This document shows, one piece after another, positions 1 to 13,253 of a DNA stretch of 64,000 nt (position 1 is the first letter of the stretch; each line of letters opens with the position of its first letter). Origin of the DNA: an uncultured delta proteobacterium (GTDB taxonomy: Bacteria; Myxococcota_A; Polyangia; Haliangiales; Haliangiaceae); assembly GCA_963743525.1 (NCBI GenBank), contig CAVUQH010000003.1, positions 1,120,001 to 1,184,000 of the forward strand, written 5' to 3'. A program made the position numbers and the translations under genes. The notes under the pieces are model-generated. The model searched no databases, was not told where the DNA came from, and saw only the letters and a list, made by a program, of their open reading frames with translations.

Positions 1-82
1 GCACCTCGAAGCTGACGTCGCGGAGGACCTGGTTGCCACCGAAGGCGAGCGAGACCCCGGCCACGGACAGGACGGGGCTCAT
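1..82 (-). CDS. ABC transporter ATP-binding protein, LivG-like (N-terminus only; runs off window)
   Basis: Manual translation MSPVLSVAGVSLAFGGNQVLRDVSFEV; ATG overlaps the permease stop (ATGA at 79-82). Confidence 0.8.
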   Translation of the reverse strand, partial: MSPVLSVAGVSLAFGGNQVLRDVSFEV

Positions 83-2193
83 ACCTGCACCTCCCGGCGC
101 TCGGGTTCGGTCCGCGGTCCGGCGGGATCTGACGGCAGCTCGGCGGCGGCGGCCGCCAGCAGGTCGGCGTCCTCGTCCTCGTCGTACGCCGACGCGCGGG
201 TCCGGACGAAGCGGCCCATCGAGGCCAGACCACCGGGGTTGACCGCCATGATGAGGATCAGCGACGCCGCCCCCACGATCTGGGGCCAGAAGGACAGCGA
301 TGTCGCCTCGACCCCGCCTCGGGACAGCTCGGGGTAGAGGCCGAACAGGAAGGCACCGAGGGGAGCGCCCGCCAGCGTGCCGATGCCGGCCACGACGGCG
401 TTGGTGAGCCAGGTGATGGAGAAGAAGACCGACGCGTACTGCGTGTTCACCGACCCGAGTTGGTAGGTGAGCATCGAACCGGCGAGGGCGGCCACCGCGC
501 CCGACACGATGAAGCCGGTCAGCTTCACCCGCACGGGTCGGATGCCGTAGGCGGCGGCCACCGTCTCGGAGTCTCGGATCGCCCGGAACGAGCGGCCGAT
601 GCGCGTGCGTTGGATGCGCCACGCCACCAGGAACGAGGTGCCGGCGAGCACCAGGAACACGTAGTACAGGCGCGTGTCGCTGGCGAGGAACGAGGGCGGT
701 GCCACGGGTGTGGTGCCGGTGAAGCGGGGCACGATGGCCCGCTCGGCAGCCAGACCGAACGCCAGCGTCGCCACCGCCAGGTGCAGGCCACGCAGCCGCA
801 GGGCGGGGAGGCCCACCAGCACCGACACCGGGATGGAGAGGACCACGCCGGCCAGCACCGGGAGCGGGAACGGCAGGCCGAGTCCGGCCGAGGCGATGGC
901 GGTGCCGGCGCCCCCCACGGCAACGAATGCGCCCTGGGCCAGCGAGACCTGGCCCAGCCAGCCGACCAGCACCACGAAGCTCAGGATCACCAGGGCGAAC
1001 ACGAGGCTCAGGTTCATGGGCAACGTGTAGAACGAGGGCACCGGTAGCAGCGGGAACACCACCAGCGCCGCGACCACCGCCGGCAGCGCCAGACGCCGGG
1101 CGACGGCGAAGGCCCGCAGCCGCTGCAGCCGGGGAGGGACGGCGGCACGCACCAGGCGGTACGCCTCGACCGGGTCGATCATCCGGGTCAGGACGGTCTC
1201 GGCACCGCCGGCGTCGGACACGCCGGCGTCGGTGTCCTCGCGGATGCCCGTGAAGATCCAGCGGGGGCGCAGCGAGAGCACCACGATCACCGCGCCGAGG
1301 GTGAGCACCTCGGGAGCGCCCTGGAAGATGCCCGCGTCGAGGGCCACCAGGTAGTGACGGGTCCACTCCTCGCCGAGGGCGATGCCGAACGCGGCAGCCA
1401 CGGCGATCGGGAAGGACACCATGCCGCCGACGATGGCGGCGGCGAAGCCCTTGATGGACAGCAGCAGGAGCAGGTTGGGATCGGAGGCGATCACGACCGA
1501 CGCCAGGGCGATGCCGGCGACACCCGCCACCATCGAGCCGCTGACCCACGACACGACCGCCAGCTTCCGCGACGACACGCCGAGGAGGGCGGCGACATCG
1601 CGGTCGGTCGCCGCAGCGCGGATGGCCAGCCCCGTTGCGGTGAAGCGGAAGAACGCCCACACCACCGCGGCCAGCGCCGCCACCAGTAGGAAGACCCCCA
1701 GCCGCTCGTACGAGACGTTCACGCCACCGATGGCGAAGGCCGGCGTGCGGGGGAAGATGGCCTGCTCGTTGGGGACGATGAGCTGATCGGCACCGAAGAA
1801 CTGCTGGGTCACGGCGGCGATCAGCAGCGACAGACCGAGCGTCACGATCACGTGCACGATCAGCGACGCACGGGCGAAGGGCCGGATCACCACGCGCTCG
1901 ATCACCAGGCCGAGCAGGGCGGCGAACCCGAGGCTGACCGGCAGCGCCACCCAGAACGACAGGTGGACATCGACCGAACCGTGGATGTGCACGACCAGCA
2001 GATCGAGGTCGAGACCGAAGCTCCGGCCGGAGACCAGGTCGTAGTGGAAGAAGGCCACGAGCGTGGCGATCGCGCCGTAGGCGAAGTTCGGCACCCGGGT
2101 CGCCTTGTAGATGAAGACGAGGCCCATGGCGAGCAGGGCGTAGACCGAGCCGGTCACCAGACCGGCGGGCAGCGTCGACAGGAAGTCGGTCAT
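79..2193 (-). CDS. Fused branched-chain-type ABC permease (LivH+LivM)
   Basis: 704 aa; GSVYALLAMGLVFIY..NFA N-domain; second domain with GQVSLAQGAF, LRLRGLHLAVATLAF and GRSFRAIRDSE. Confidence 0.92.
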   Translation of the reverse strand: MTDFLSTLPAGLVTGSVYALLAMGLVFIYKATRVPNFAYGAIATLVAFFHYDLVSGRSFGLDLDLLVVHIHGSVDVHLSFWVALPVSLGFAALLGLVIERVVIRPFARASLIVHVIVTLGLSLLIAAVTQQFFGADQLIVPNEQAIFPRTPAFAIGGVNVSYERLGVFLLVAALAAVVWAFFRFTATGLAIRAAATDRDVAALLGVSSRKLAVVSWVSGSMVAGVAGIALASVVIASDPNLLLLLSIKGFAAAIVGGMVSFPIAVAAAFGIALGEEWTRHYLVALDAGIFQGAPEVLTLGAVIVVLSLRPRWIFTGIREDTDAGVSDAGGAETVLTRMIDPVEAYRLVRAAVPPRLQRLRAFAVARRLALPAVVAALVVFPLLPVPSFYTLPMNLSLVFALVILSFVVLVGWLGQVSLAQGAFVAVGGAGTAIASAGLGLPFPLPVLAGVVLSIPVSVLVGLPALRLRGLHLAVATLAFGLAAERAIVPRFTGTTPVAPPSFLASDTRLYYVFLVLAGTSFLVAWRIQRTRIGRSFRAIRDSETVAAAYGIRPVRVKLTGFIVSGAVAALAGSMLTYQLGSVNTQYASVFFSITWLTNAVVAGIGTLAGAPLGAFLFGLYPELSRGGVEATSLSFWPQIVGAASLILIMAVNPGGLASMGRFVRTRASAYDEDEDADLLAAAAAELPSDPAGPRTEPERREVQV

Positions 2194-4688
2194 GGCCGCG
2201 CCCCCGTGTGCGTGAGAACGGCGCCCAGCCCGACCTGGCCCAGCACGACCCAGACCAGCAGCGCTGCGGCCCAGACCAGGGGTGAATCGTCGAACGGGTT
2301 CACGGCGACGATGCGCCGCAGTTCGACCGTCGGCGCCGCGGCGAGCTCCGGCGACGCCGATGGCGACGACGGCGCCGGCGGGGGCGCGGCGGCCGTGGTC
2401 GGCGGCGACGTGTCCGTGCGGGGCAGAGCGGTCTGGACCGCCGGCGCGGGGGAAGTCGATGGCGCGGCCGGCGGAGCGGTGGCGGCGGGCGCCGCCGGGC
2501 TCACCAGGTCGGCGAGGTCGAAGCCGGTCGGGTCCTCGCTGCTGAGGGCCGAGCTCATGGCGAAGCCGATCAGGACCTGCACACGCTGGGGCGAGAAGGA
2601 GGTCGGTTCCGAGACCCCGTCGGGGATGGCGCAGACCAGGAGCAGACCCCCCACCATCGAGCCGGCGGCTGAGCCGTCCTCGGCCATGCCGGTGTACGGG
2701 TCGTCACGGCTGAACAGGAATCCCTGCGGGTAGTGCGCCGGGGCTCCGAGCACACTGAGCTGGCACCCCTGAGCGGCCAAGGCGTCGACCGCCGGCGCGA
2801 GTGCGTCGGACGGCTGGACCTCGGCACCACCGACGGCCTCGCCGTCGACCACCACCGATCCGTTCCGCACGTCGAAGCGGGTTCCGGCGACCTCGACACC
2901 GAGGAGGTCGACATGGGCGTCGGTGGCGGCACCGTCGGAGGCGCCGGTCAGCGTGGTCGCCGAGCTGGCCCGGACCTCGTCGACGGTGAGGAGCCCGCCG
3001 AGCACCGACACGCCCGCCGCCCGGGCGGAGGCGCCGCTGTCGAGGCGACCGTCGACCGTCCGGATCTGCAGATCGCCTGCGCCGGTCGGCGCGACCGCAA
3101 CCGGGCCCAGCGGATCGGTCGCCGTGTCGGGGCCACCGATCTCGCCGGAGCGGGCGTGCAGCTCGAGCGAGAGGCCGGGGCCGCAGTGGGCGGTGGCGTA
3201 GGCGGTCGGCGGGATGCCGGCGGTGTCGTCGCGGTTGTCGGTGGGGAAGCGGAAGGAAACGTCGGTCTTCTCGCCCGGAGCCACGCACTCGGCGTTGGGC
3301 AGCCGGCTCTCGTCGCCGTCGGTGCCCTCGTCGGGGTTGGCGTACTTGCCGCCGACAACGGCGTCGAACGCCGTCGGTGCGGCAGCGAAGCCCTGGGCCA
3401 CCTCGCCGGCGGCCCGGCGCACGTCGCCACGCACATACGGGATGGAGCCGGTGCCGGCGGGCAGCGGGATGTCGTACTCCACCCGGACCGCGAAGGCCTC
3501 GGCCTCGGCGAACAGGCCGAGGTCGTCGAGCGGCGTGGCACCGGAGGTGGCGGTCAGTCCGGGCAGCGCGACGGCGGCGAGACCCATCGCCGTGGCACCG
3601 ACACCGGCGGCCAGTCGCCGACCGGCGGGCCTACGGGGTCGTCCGGAAGCGGCCGTCGCCTGCGGTTCCCACGGCGAGCCGTCGTCGACCGGGACGTCGT
3701 CGTGGTCACGCGCCACGCCGGCCTGCTCGGCCGCGGCGGCGTGCACGCCACGTACGTAGCCGAGGCCGGCAGCGACCACGGCGAGACCGCCGCCGAGGAT
3801 GCCCCGGACGAGGAGCGCTCGCGCCAGCGTGGGGTCGGCGGGCACGAGCCAGCCGGCCGGGCCGGCGAGCAGCACCGCGGTGACGCCGAGCAGGACCAGT
3901 CCCTGACCACCGATCGGCGTGGTGGCGTCGTCGACGGGGGCCACGCGCCCCGTGCGGGCATCGAGGCGTCCCCAGACCCCGGCCATCGACCCGACGAGTC
4001 CCACGATGATGGTCACCACGACGAGGGCGTCGGCGAGCACGGCCTCAGAGGTCAGCGCCGGGGCGCCGGCACGGCCGGCGTCGTGGAACAGCACCCAGGA
4101 GATGATCACCTGGGCCACGAGTTGGGTGAGGCCGACCGGAAGGGCGATCTGGATCCACGCCCGCCGGTGCAACGGCACCGGGGCCGGTCGGCGCAGCCGC
4201 CAACGGGCCGCTGCACGAGCGCCGATGCCACGTCCGAGCGCGTCGACCCCGACGGCCGCACCGCCGGCGAGCACGGCCAGCGAGACGGCGACGACGGGGT
4301 AGCCGACGGCCCGGTCGCCGATCACGGCGGCGAGGACGACGGCGCCGGCACACGACCACAGCGCCGCGAGGACGGTGATGACCGCCGCCCGACGCCACAG
4401 ACGCCCGGCTACGAACAGGTCGTCCCGAGCGGGTTCCGCAACCGGGCCGCCTGGTTCGTCGAGCGCATCGGTGGCGCCCTGGAAGGCACCGTGGACGAGC
4501 CCCAAGCTGGCCGAGACGAGCGAGGCGCCGGCAACCACCACCACGAGGTCGACGGCGTCGACGACGCCGTGGGCGGCCCGGGAGATGGCCAGACCGGCCA
4601 GCAGCGCGGCCATCACGACCTGGACGACGGCGTTGGCGCGCACCTTGGACCACAGCGAGGTCGGGCGAGGTTCGGTCATGGAGGTCAT
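2190..4688 (-). CDS. Large hypothetical protein: ~8-TM N-domain, extracellular beta-rich domain, Pro/Ala/Thr linker, C-terminal TM anchor
   Basis: Intact ORF; start at 4688 chosen because it overlaps the SBP stop (ATGA); its own stop overlaps the permease ATG. Confidence 0.75.
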   Translation of the reverse strand: MTSMTEPRPTSLWSKVRANAVVQVVMAALLAGLAISRAAHGVVDAVDLVVVVAGASLVSASLGLVHGAFQGATDALDEPGGPVAEPARDDLFVAGRLWRRAAVITVLAALWSCAGAVVLAAVIGDRAVGYPVVAVSLAVLAGGAAVGVDALGRGIGARAAARWRLRRPAPVPLHRRAWIQIALPVGLTQLVAQVIISWVLFHDAGRAGAPALTSEAVLADALVVVTIIVGLVGSMAGVWGRLDARTGRVAPVDDATTPIGGQGLVLLGVTAVLLAGPAGWLVPADPTLARALLVRGILGGGLAVVAAGLGYVRGVHAAAAEQAGVARDHDDVPVDDGSPWEPQATAASGRPRRPAGRRLAAGVGATAMGLAAVALPGLTATSGATPLDDLGLFAEAEAFAVRVEYDIPLPAGTGSIPYVRGDVRRAAGEVAQGFAAAPTAFDAVVGGKYANPDEGTDGDESRLPNAECVAPGEKTDVSFRFPTDNRDDTAGIPPTAYATAHCGPGLSLELHARSGEIGGPDTATDPLGPVAVAPTGAGDLQIRTVDGRLDSGASARAAGVSVLGGLLTVDEVRASSATTLTGASDGAATDAHVDLLGVEVAGTRFDVRNGSVVVDGEAVGGAEVQPSDALAPAVDALAAQGCQLSVLGAPAHYPQGFLFSRDDPYTGMAEDGSAAGSMVGGLLLVCAIPDGVSEPTSFSPQRVQVLIGFAMSSALSSEDPTGFDLADLVSPAAPAATAPPAAPSTSPAPAVQTALPRTDTSPPTTAAAPPPAPSSPSASPELAAAPTVELRRIVAVNPFDDSPLVWAAALLVWVVLGQVGLGAVLTHTGARP

Positions 4689-6175
4689 GCGTTCCGGAAG
4701 AGGTACCGGCAGCCGGCGTAGCGCTCGGGGAGCGTCTGTCCGGGCGGGATGGTGAAGTGGTCGGCCTGGGGGGTGATCTGGGTCCAGCGCAGATCGCCCT
4801 GGTCGTCCTCCTGGATCTGGATCACGTAGCCGCCACGCAGCGCCACGTGGCACTCGGGCGTCCACGTCCACGTCGGCTGGTTCGGATCGTCGGTGAGGTC
4901 GGGCCGCCAGTTCTGGAGGTGGTTGATGGCGTCGGCCAGACCGGCTCGCGTGATGTTGTCTCCGAGACTGGCCAGGGCGTCGCGCAGCAAGAGGGCGGCG
5001 ACGAAGTACGACGCGGTCACCGACGAGTAGGACTCGGTCTTCTGCGAGACCGCGGCCACCGCCTCCTGGTAGGCGGGCTGGTCGTAGATGGCCCCGAAGG
5101 CGTCGAAGGCGTACATCCCCTTCGAGTAGTCACCGAGGGCCTCGTGGATGACCGGTACCCCGATCAGGTAGCCACCCCATCCCTTGGGTGGCTTGTACTG
5201 CTGGATCTGGGCCTCGACGCCGCAGTTGATGACCTTCGACGCATCGATCTCGAACTGGATGAAGTCGACGCCGGCGGCGCTGGCCTGACCGATGGCGTCC
5301 GAGCACGACGTCTGGTCGGGTGCGAAGGGCACCAGCACCGGCACATCGACGCCGTAGGCCTTCCAGTCGGAGGCGACCTGCTCGGCGTAGTCCTTGCTGT
5401 AGTTCGCCGCACCCACGTCCAGGTAGAAGACGGCGACCGACTTCACCCCGAGCTGGTGCACGCCGAAGTCGGCGAGCTGGTAGCTGGCCAGCCGTTGAGG
5501 CCCGCCGACCGGGAACCAGTTGGGATTGGTGAACTCCTCGTCGAACTGCCCGAGGTGCACGACCGGAATGCCCTTGGACGACACGTAGTCACCGACGGTC
5601 GGCGCGTAGACCATCGACAGCGCGAACACCTTGTCGACTTCGACCAGGCGCTTGGTGTTGGCCAGCTGGCGGGCCGGATCACCGGCGTCGTCGTAGAGCT
5701 GCAGGCGCAACCGGCGCCCGTTGACCCCGCCGTGCTCGTTCACGTAGCGGACCCCTGCGGTGAAGCCGACGGCGATCTGCTCGCCGTAGACGGCGGCCGG
5801 ACCCGACGTGAACGTGGAGCCGCCGATCAGGATCTCCTGGTCGGTGACGCCAGGAGCGCTGGGGGCGCTGGCCGCGGCGGTCGGCGCAGCGGTCGAGCGG
5901 TCGTCTGCGCTCGACGCCGTGCGTTGCTGCCCACTACCTGCCTCGGTGTCGTCAGCGACGACGTCCGGTGCGGTGGCGGCCGTGGAGGAGCCATCGACCG
6001 TCACGGGCGTGAGCGGCGAGCCCGCGGCCAGCTCCGTGCGATCGCTGGCGTCGAGCGTCACCCGTTCGGTCGGCGTGGTGCGGCCGGCGGCGGTCACCCC
6101 GACGACGAAGACGAACGCGGCCAACAGGGCGAGGTGCGGTCGCCACTGGCGCAGGCGCGCCGTGGTGGAGTTCAT
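4685..6175 (-). CDS. ABC substrate-binding protein, branched-chain amino acid (Peripla_BP_6-like) family
   Basis: PGVTDQEILIG..SGPAA..VNEHGGVNGRRLRLQLYDD signature; N-terminal TM and low-complexity linker. Confidence 0.9.
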   Translation of the reverse strand: MNSTTARLRQWRPHLALLAAFVFVVGVTAAGRTTPTERVTLDASDRTELAAGSPLTPVTVDGSSTAATAPDVVADDTEAGSGQQRTASSADDRSTAAPTAAASAPSAPGVTDQEILIGGSTFTSGPAAVYGEQIAVGFTAGVRYVNEHGGVNGRRLRLQLYDDAGDPARQLANTKRLVEVDKVFALSMVYAPTVGDYVSSKGIPVVHLGQFDEEFTNPNWFPVGGPQRLASYQLADFGVHQLGVKSVAVFYLDVGAANYSKDYAEQVASDWKAYGVDVPVLVPFAPDQTSCSDAIGQASAAGVDFIQFEIDASKVINCGVEAQIQQYKPPKGWGGYLIGVPVIHEALGDYSKGMYAFDAFGAIYDQPAYQEAVAAVSQKTESYSSVTASYFVAALLLRDALASLGDNITRAGLADAINHLQNWRPDLTDDPNQPTWTWTPECHVALRGGYVIQIQEDDQGDLRWTQITPQADHFTIPPGQTLPERYAGCRYLFRNA

Positions 6176-6313
6176 CGGTGTGGCCCCCGGTATCGGTGGT
6201 GATTACCCGATGACAACGTTTCGGCACCGTAACCAGCGACTCCTGCTCCGTGACCGATGTCACCGGCCGGCCAGCGCCGACCGCGTCGCTGGGACCATCG
6301 GTAGCCTCGCCCC

Positions 6314-8553
<2,240 letters not shown>

Positions 8554-8697
8554 GTGTCAGCTCCCTCCCTGTCGGTCACCCGTCCTAGGTGCGGCGGTCG
8601 CCGACCATCCGCGACGGACGTGACGCACGTCGTGGAATCGTCATCGGTGCTGACTACGTCCGGGTCGACGCGGGGCGTGCCAGGGTCGATCGGCCCT

Positions 8698-10375
8698 ATG
8701 GGTCGAAGGCGACAGCTGATCTCGGCTTGGCGCGGCATCACGCCGCTCGTGCTCGTGCTGCTCACCGTCGCCGCCTGGGCCCTGGACACCGGCTCGGCCG
8801 GCGGACAGGTGCTGCGCAACGTCGACCTCGCCGGCCAGGACATCGGTGGGCTGGGCTCGGACCAGCTGCTCGAGCGCCTCGATGCCATGAACGCCTCGAT
8901 GGACGACCGGCCCGTCCGCATCGTCACACCCGAGGTCTCCTACGGCACCACGGCCGGCGAGACTCGGCCTGTCCGTCGACCCGGTCGCCACCGCCGCGGC
9001 TGCGCTCGAGGAGGGTCGGGCATCGGTGCTTCCGGTCCGCCCCTTCGCCTGGCTGTCCAGCTTCCTGCGCCCCCACGACGTCGACGTGCACTACCGGGTC
9101 GACACCGAGGTCGCCCGTGCGGCCCTGCGCCAGCTCGAGGGCGAGGCGCTCATGCCGCCCGAGGAGCCGACGATCGAGTCGATCGACGGGGAACCGTTCC
9201 GGGCCGTCCCCGGGCACCCGGGCTCGGGCATCGACCCGGACACCCTGTCGGTGGCGCTGGCCGTTGCGGCGCGCAACACGCCCTACGACCAGCCGGTGAC
9301 CGTCCGGATCCAGCAGTCGCCGCTCGAGCCCCGACTCCCCGACTCGGTCGCCGAGAGCCGCGGCGGCGTCGGCGAACGAGCTGACGAGCTCGACGCTGTC
9401 GGTCACCGCCGAGGGCAAGACCATCCAGCTCGTCCCCCAGGAGCTGCGATCGCTGGCCACCGTCAACCGGACCGCCGACGGCATCAGCATCTCGCTCGAG
9501 CCCGACACGGTGCTGGGCGTGCTCACCGACGAGTTCGCCGACCTCGAACGCCCGGCCGAGGACGCCTCCTTCGACATCGTCGGCGGCGCCGTCCAGCTCA
9601 CGCCCGCCGTCGTCGGCCGCACGTGCTGCTCGCTCGCCTCGGCCGAGCAGGTGCGTCGGGCCTTCGCCGCCGGCCAGACCGAGGTCGACCGTCGAGCTCA
9701 CCGACGTGGAACCGGACCTCACCACCGAGGAGGCCCAGGCACTCGGCATCGTGGAGGAGGTCGGCTCGCCCGAGGCGTTCGGTCCGACCACCCACCACCG
9801 GTGCTGCCAGACCCGGGTCACCAACATCCACCGCATCGCCGACATCGTCCGGGGCGCCGTCATCCGCCCGGGCGAGACCTTCTCGGTCAACGACCACGTC
9901 GGGCAGCGCACCGCGGAGAAGGGCTTCGTCGAGGCCGGCGTCATCGACAACGGCGAGTCACGTCGACGACGTCGGCGGCGGCGTCAGCCAGTTCGCCACG
10001 ACGCTGTTCAACGCCGCCTTCTTCGCCGGCCTCGACTTCGGCGAGTACCAGAGCCACAGCTCGAGTACATTCAGCCGGTACCCGTACGGCCGCGAGGCCA
10101 CCATGTCGCTACCCGCACCCCGACCTCCAGATCGAGAACGACACGCCCTACGGCGTGCTGATCTGGCCGACCTACACCGACACGTCGCTCACCGTGCACC
10201 CTGTACTCGCACCCAGTACGCCGACGGCGAGCACGGCGGCCCAGACGCCGAGCGCCGCCGGGCAACTGCACCACGTGACCACCGCCGCGCACCCGCACCT
10301 ACCCCGACGGCTCGCACCGACCGCGACACCGTGCACGCCACGCTACCGCGACCCGCGGACGGCGCCAGCTGCTGA
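8698..10375 (+). CDS. VanW-family protein with N-terminal anchor and PG-binding-like region; frameshifted
   Basis: RVTNIHRIADIVRGAVIRPGETFSVNDHVGQRT..KGF; VGGGVSQFATTLFNAAFFAGL; RYPYGREAT. Confidence 0.82.
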
Positions 10376-10458
10376 GCACCGCATCAGCGCAGCTGAGACA
10401 CCGCCGGCGTGGACAGTGAGGGTCGCGACCCTGCTCGCCAGACGCCCGGAGTGACCCG

Positions 10459-11884
10459 ATGACCGAGACTGCAGTTCGAGCCCCGGATGAGCGACACCGA
10501 CGCGCTCATGTGGACACATCGAGAAGGACCCGATGCTGCGCTCGACGATCACCGCCGTGGTCGGTGCTCGACCGCGGCCCCGACCGCGAGCGCCTCCTCG
10601 ACCTGATCGACCGGGGCACCCGGGTCGATCCCCCGCCTGCGCCAGCGGGTGCGTCGGCCAACCCGCTGTCGATCGCCCCGCCCCGCTGGGAGATCGACCC
10701 CAACTTCGACCTGCGCTACCACGTCCGCTTCGTCCGGGCTGCCGGCGGCACCGGCACCATGCGCGACGTGCTCGACATGGCCGAGCCCATCGCCATGCAG
10801 GGCTTCGACCGGGCCCGGCCGCTGTGGGAGTTCACCGTCGTCGAGGGCCTGGAGGACGGCCAGGCGGCCGTGATCCAGAAGGTCCACCACGCCATCACCG
10901 ACGGCGTCGGCGGCGTGCAGATGGCTCATGGTCATGCTCGACCTCGAGCGCGACGCCGCCGACGGCGACGGCGCCCATGCCGCCGGCGCCCGACGCCCAC
11001 GTGATGAGCCAGGCTCGAGCGCATGCGTCGACGCCATCGCCCACGAGCAGCGCCGCGCAACCTCGGCATCGCCCGACGGGCCGGGGGCACGCTCGGCGCG
11101 AGCCGCCGCCGACGGCGCTGTCGGCGACCCGGCGGGTCGTGTCGCGGCGTCGCCGAGACGGCGGCGTCGGTGGCCCGGCTGCTCGACGCCGGCCTCCGAG
11201 CCGCTCAGCCCGCTCATGACCGGCCGGTCGCTGTCGGTCCGCTTCGACGACCCTCGACTTCCCGCTGGCCGACGCCAAGGCGGCGGCCAAGGCCGCCGGC
11301 GGCACGCTCAACGACGCCTTCGTCGCCGCGCGTGGCCGGCGGCCTGCGCCGCTACCACGAGGCACACGGCGTACCGGTCGAGCGACTGCGCATGACCATG
11401 CCGATCAACGTGCGCACCGAGCGAGACCGCGAACCTGGCCGGCAACCAGTTCGTCCCCGCCCGGTTCGCCGTCCCCGTCGACGTCGACGACCCGGCCGCG
11501 GCGCATGCAGGTGATCCACGAGCTGGTCGACGGCCAGCGGGGCGAGCCCGCCCTGTCGCTGCTCGAGCCCATGTCGGGCGTGCTGAACCGCCTGCCCACC
11601 ACGCTGACCACGGCCGTGTTCGGCTCGCATGCTCAAGGGCGTCGACTTCATCACCCGCAACGTGCCCGGGCGCACCGATCCCGGTGTTCATCGCCGGCGC
11701 CCGGGTCGAGTCGATGTTCGCCTTCGGCCCGCTGGCCGGCGCGGCGCTGAACGTCACGCTGCTGTCGACTACCTCGACGAGATGCACATCGGCATCAACG
11801 TCGACCCGGCGGCCGTGCCCGACCCCGAGGTGCTCCGCGAGTGCCTGGCACGAGTCCTTCGCCGAGATCCTGAAGCTGACCTGA
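10459..11884 (+). CDS. Wax ester/triacylglycerol synthase (WS/DGAT) #1; frameshifted
   Basis: [21 protein letters not shown] (HHxxxDG); C-terminal [20 protein letters not shown]. Confidence 0.88.
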
Positions 11885-11939
11885 CGCCACCGACGGCGAC
11901 TGCGGCCCGGCTCGTCGTCCGGCCGATAGCCTCGACATC

Positions 11940-13177
11940 GTGCTGACCTGCGACGTCGCCGTCGTCGGGGCCGGACCGGCCGGCGCGGCCGCCGCCATCT
12001 CCCTGGCCCGGGCCGGCCGCGACGTGGTCGTCGTCGACAAGGCCACGGTTCCCCGGGACAAGATCTGCGGCGACGGCCTCACCGCCGCGCCCTGCGCCTG
12101 CTCGAGGACCTGGGCCTCGACCCGGCGACGCTCCGTCGTTCGTGGCCGCGGATCGACGACGTGGTCGTCGCGGCGCCGAGCGGGCACGCCGTCGCGCTTC
12201 CCGCTGCCCCGGGCCCGGGCATCTACGCCGCCGTGGCCCGGCGGGGCGAGCTCGACGCTGCCCTGGTCGACCTGGCCCGGCGGGCCGGCGCCAAGGTGCT
12301 CGACGGCCACGCTGTGCGCAGCGTCGAGCGAGCGCGACGACGCGTCGGCGCTCGAGGTCGACGGGCGTCGGCACGGTCGCAGGCCCGCTACGTGGTCGGC
12401 GCCGACGGCATGTGGTCGCCCATCCGCAAGGCGCTGGGCGTGGCGGTGCCCGGCTACCGGGGCGAGTGGCACGCCTTCCGCCAGTACTTCCGCGACGTCT
12501 CCGAGACCGCCCGGCGCGAGCTGTGCGTGTGGTTCGAGCCCGACCTGCTCCCCGGCTACTTCTGGTCGTTCCCCGTCGGCGACGGCGCGGCCAACGTCGG
12601 CTTCGGCATCCAGCGGGGCGGCAAGGTGCCGGTCGGCGACATGAAGCGCCTGTGGGCCGACCTGCTCGACGCGACCGACGATCCGCGGCGGTGCTCGGCC
12701 CCGACGCCGTCGCCCGAGGACCGCCACACCGGGCCTGGCCCATCCCCGCCCGGGTCGACGACATGCGCCCGCACCGGCCGGCGCACGCTCTTCGTCGGCG
12801 ACGCCGCCGCCGCCACCGACCTGATGACCGGCGAGGGCATCGGCCAGGCGCTGCTGACCGGGATGCTGGCGGCCGAGGCCATCGAGCACGCCGGCCCGCA
12901 CGGCGCCCGGCGTCGCCACCGCCCACTACGACGCGGCCGTCGACGCCCACCTGGTCCGCCGACCACCGCATGGCCGACGCTGCTCGTGCGGGCGCTGCGC
13001 CACCGCAAGGGCGCCCGCGCCGCCGTCCGCGTCGCCGGCGCCACGCCGTGGACCCGACGCAACTTCGCCCGCTGGCTGTTCGAGGACTACCCCCGCGCCG
13101 TGCTCGCCACGCCGCGCCGCTGGCACCGCGGCATGTTCACCGGCCCCGGGGCCTACGCCGACCGACCGGTGTCCTGA
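11940..13177 (+). CDS. Geranylgeranyl-reductase-like FAD-dependent oxidoreductase; frameshifted
   Basis: [44 protein letters not shown]. Confidence 0.85.
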
Positions 13178-13214
13178 CCGACGGGCGCCTCGACCAGGCC
13201 TCGGTGCGGCCGGC

Positions 13215-13236
13215 GTCTCGACCGACCGGTCGAGAC
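13215..13236. promoter_or_regulatory. 22-bp inverted repeat, putative repressor operator
   Basis: GTCTCGACCG-AC-CGGTCGAGAC just upstream of the nitronate monooxygenase start. Confidence 0.6.
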
Positions 13237-13253
13237 CGCGGTCACCATGCGGC

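Noticed and set aside
8698..10375. VanW as a vancomycin-resistance cluster
   Set aside because: No vanHAX or vanRS nearby; stand-alone VanW-domain proteins are widespread
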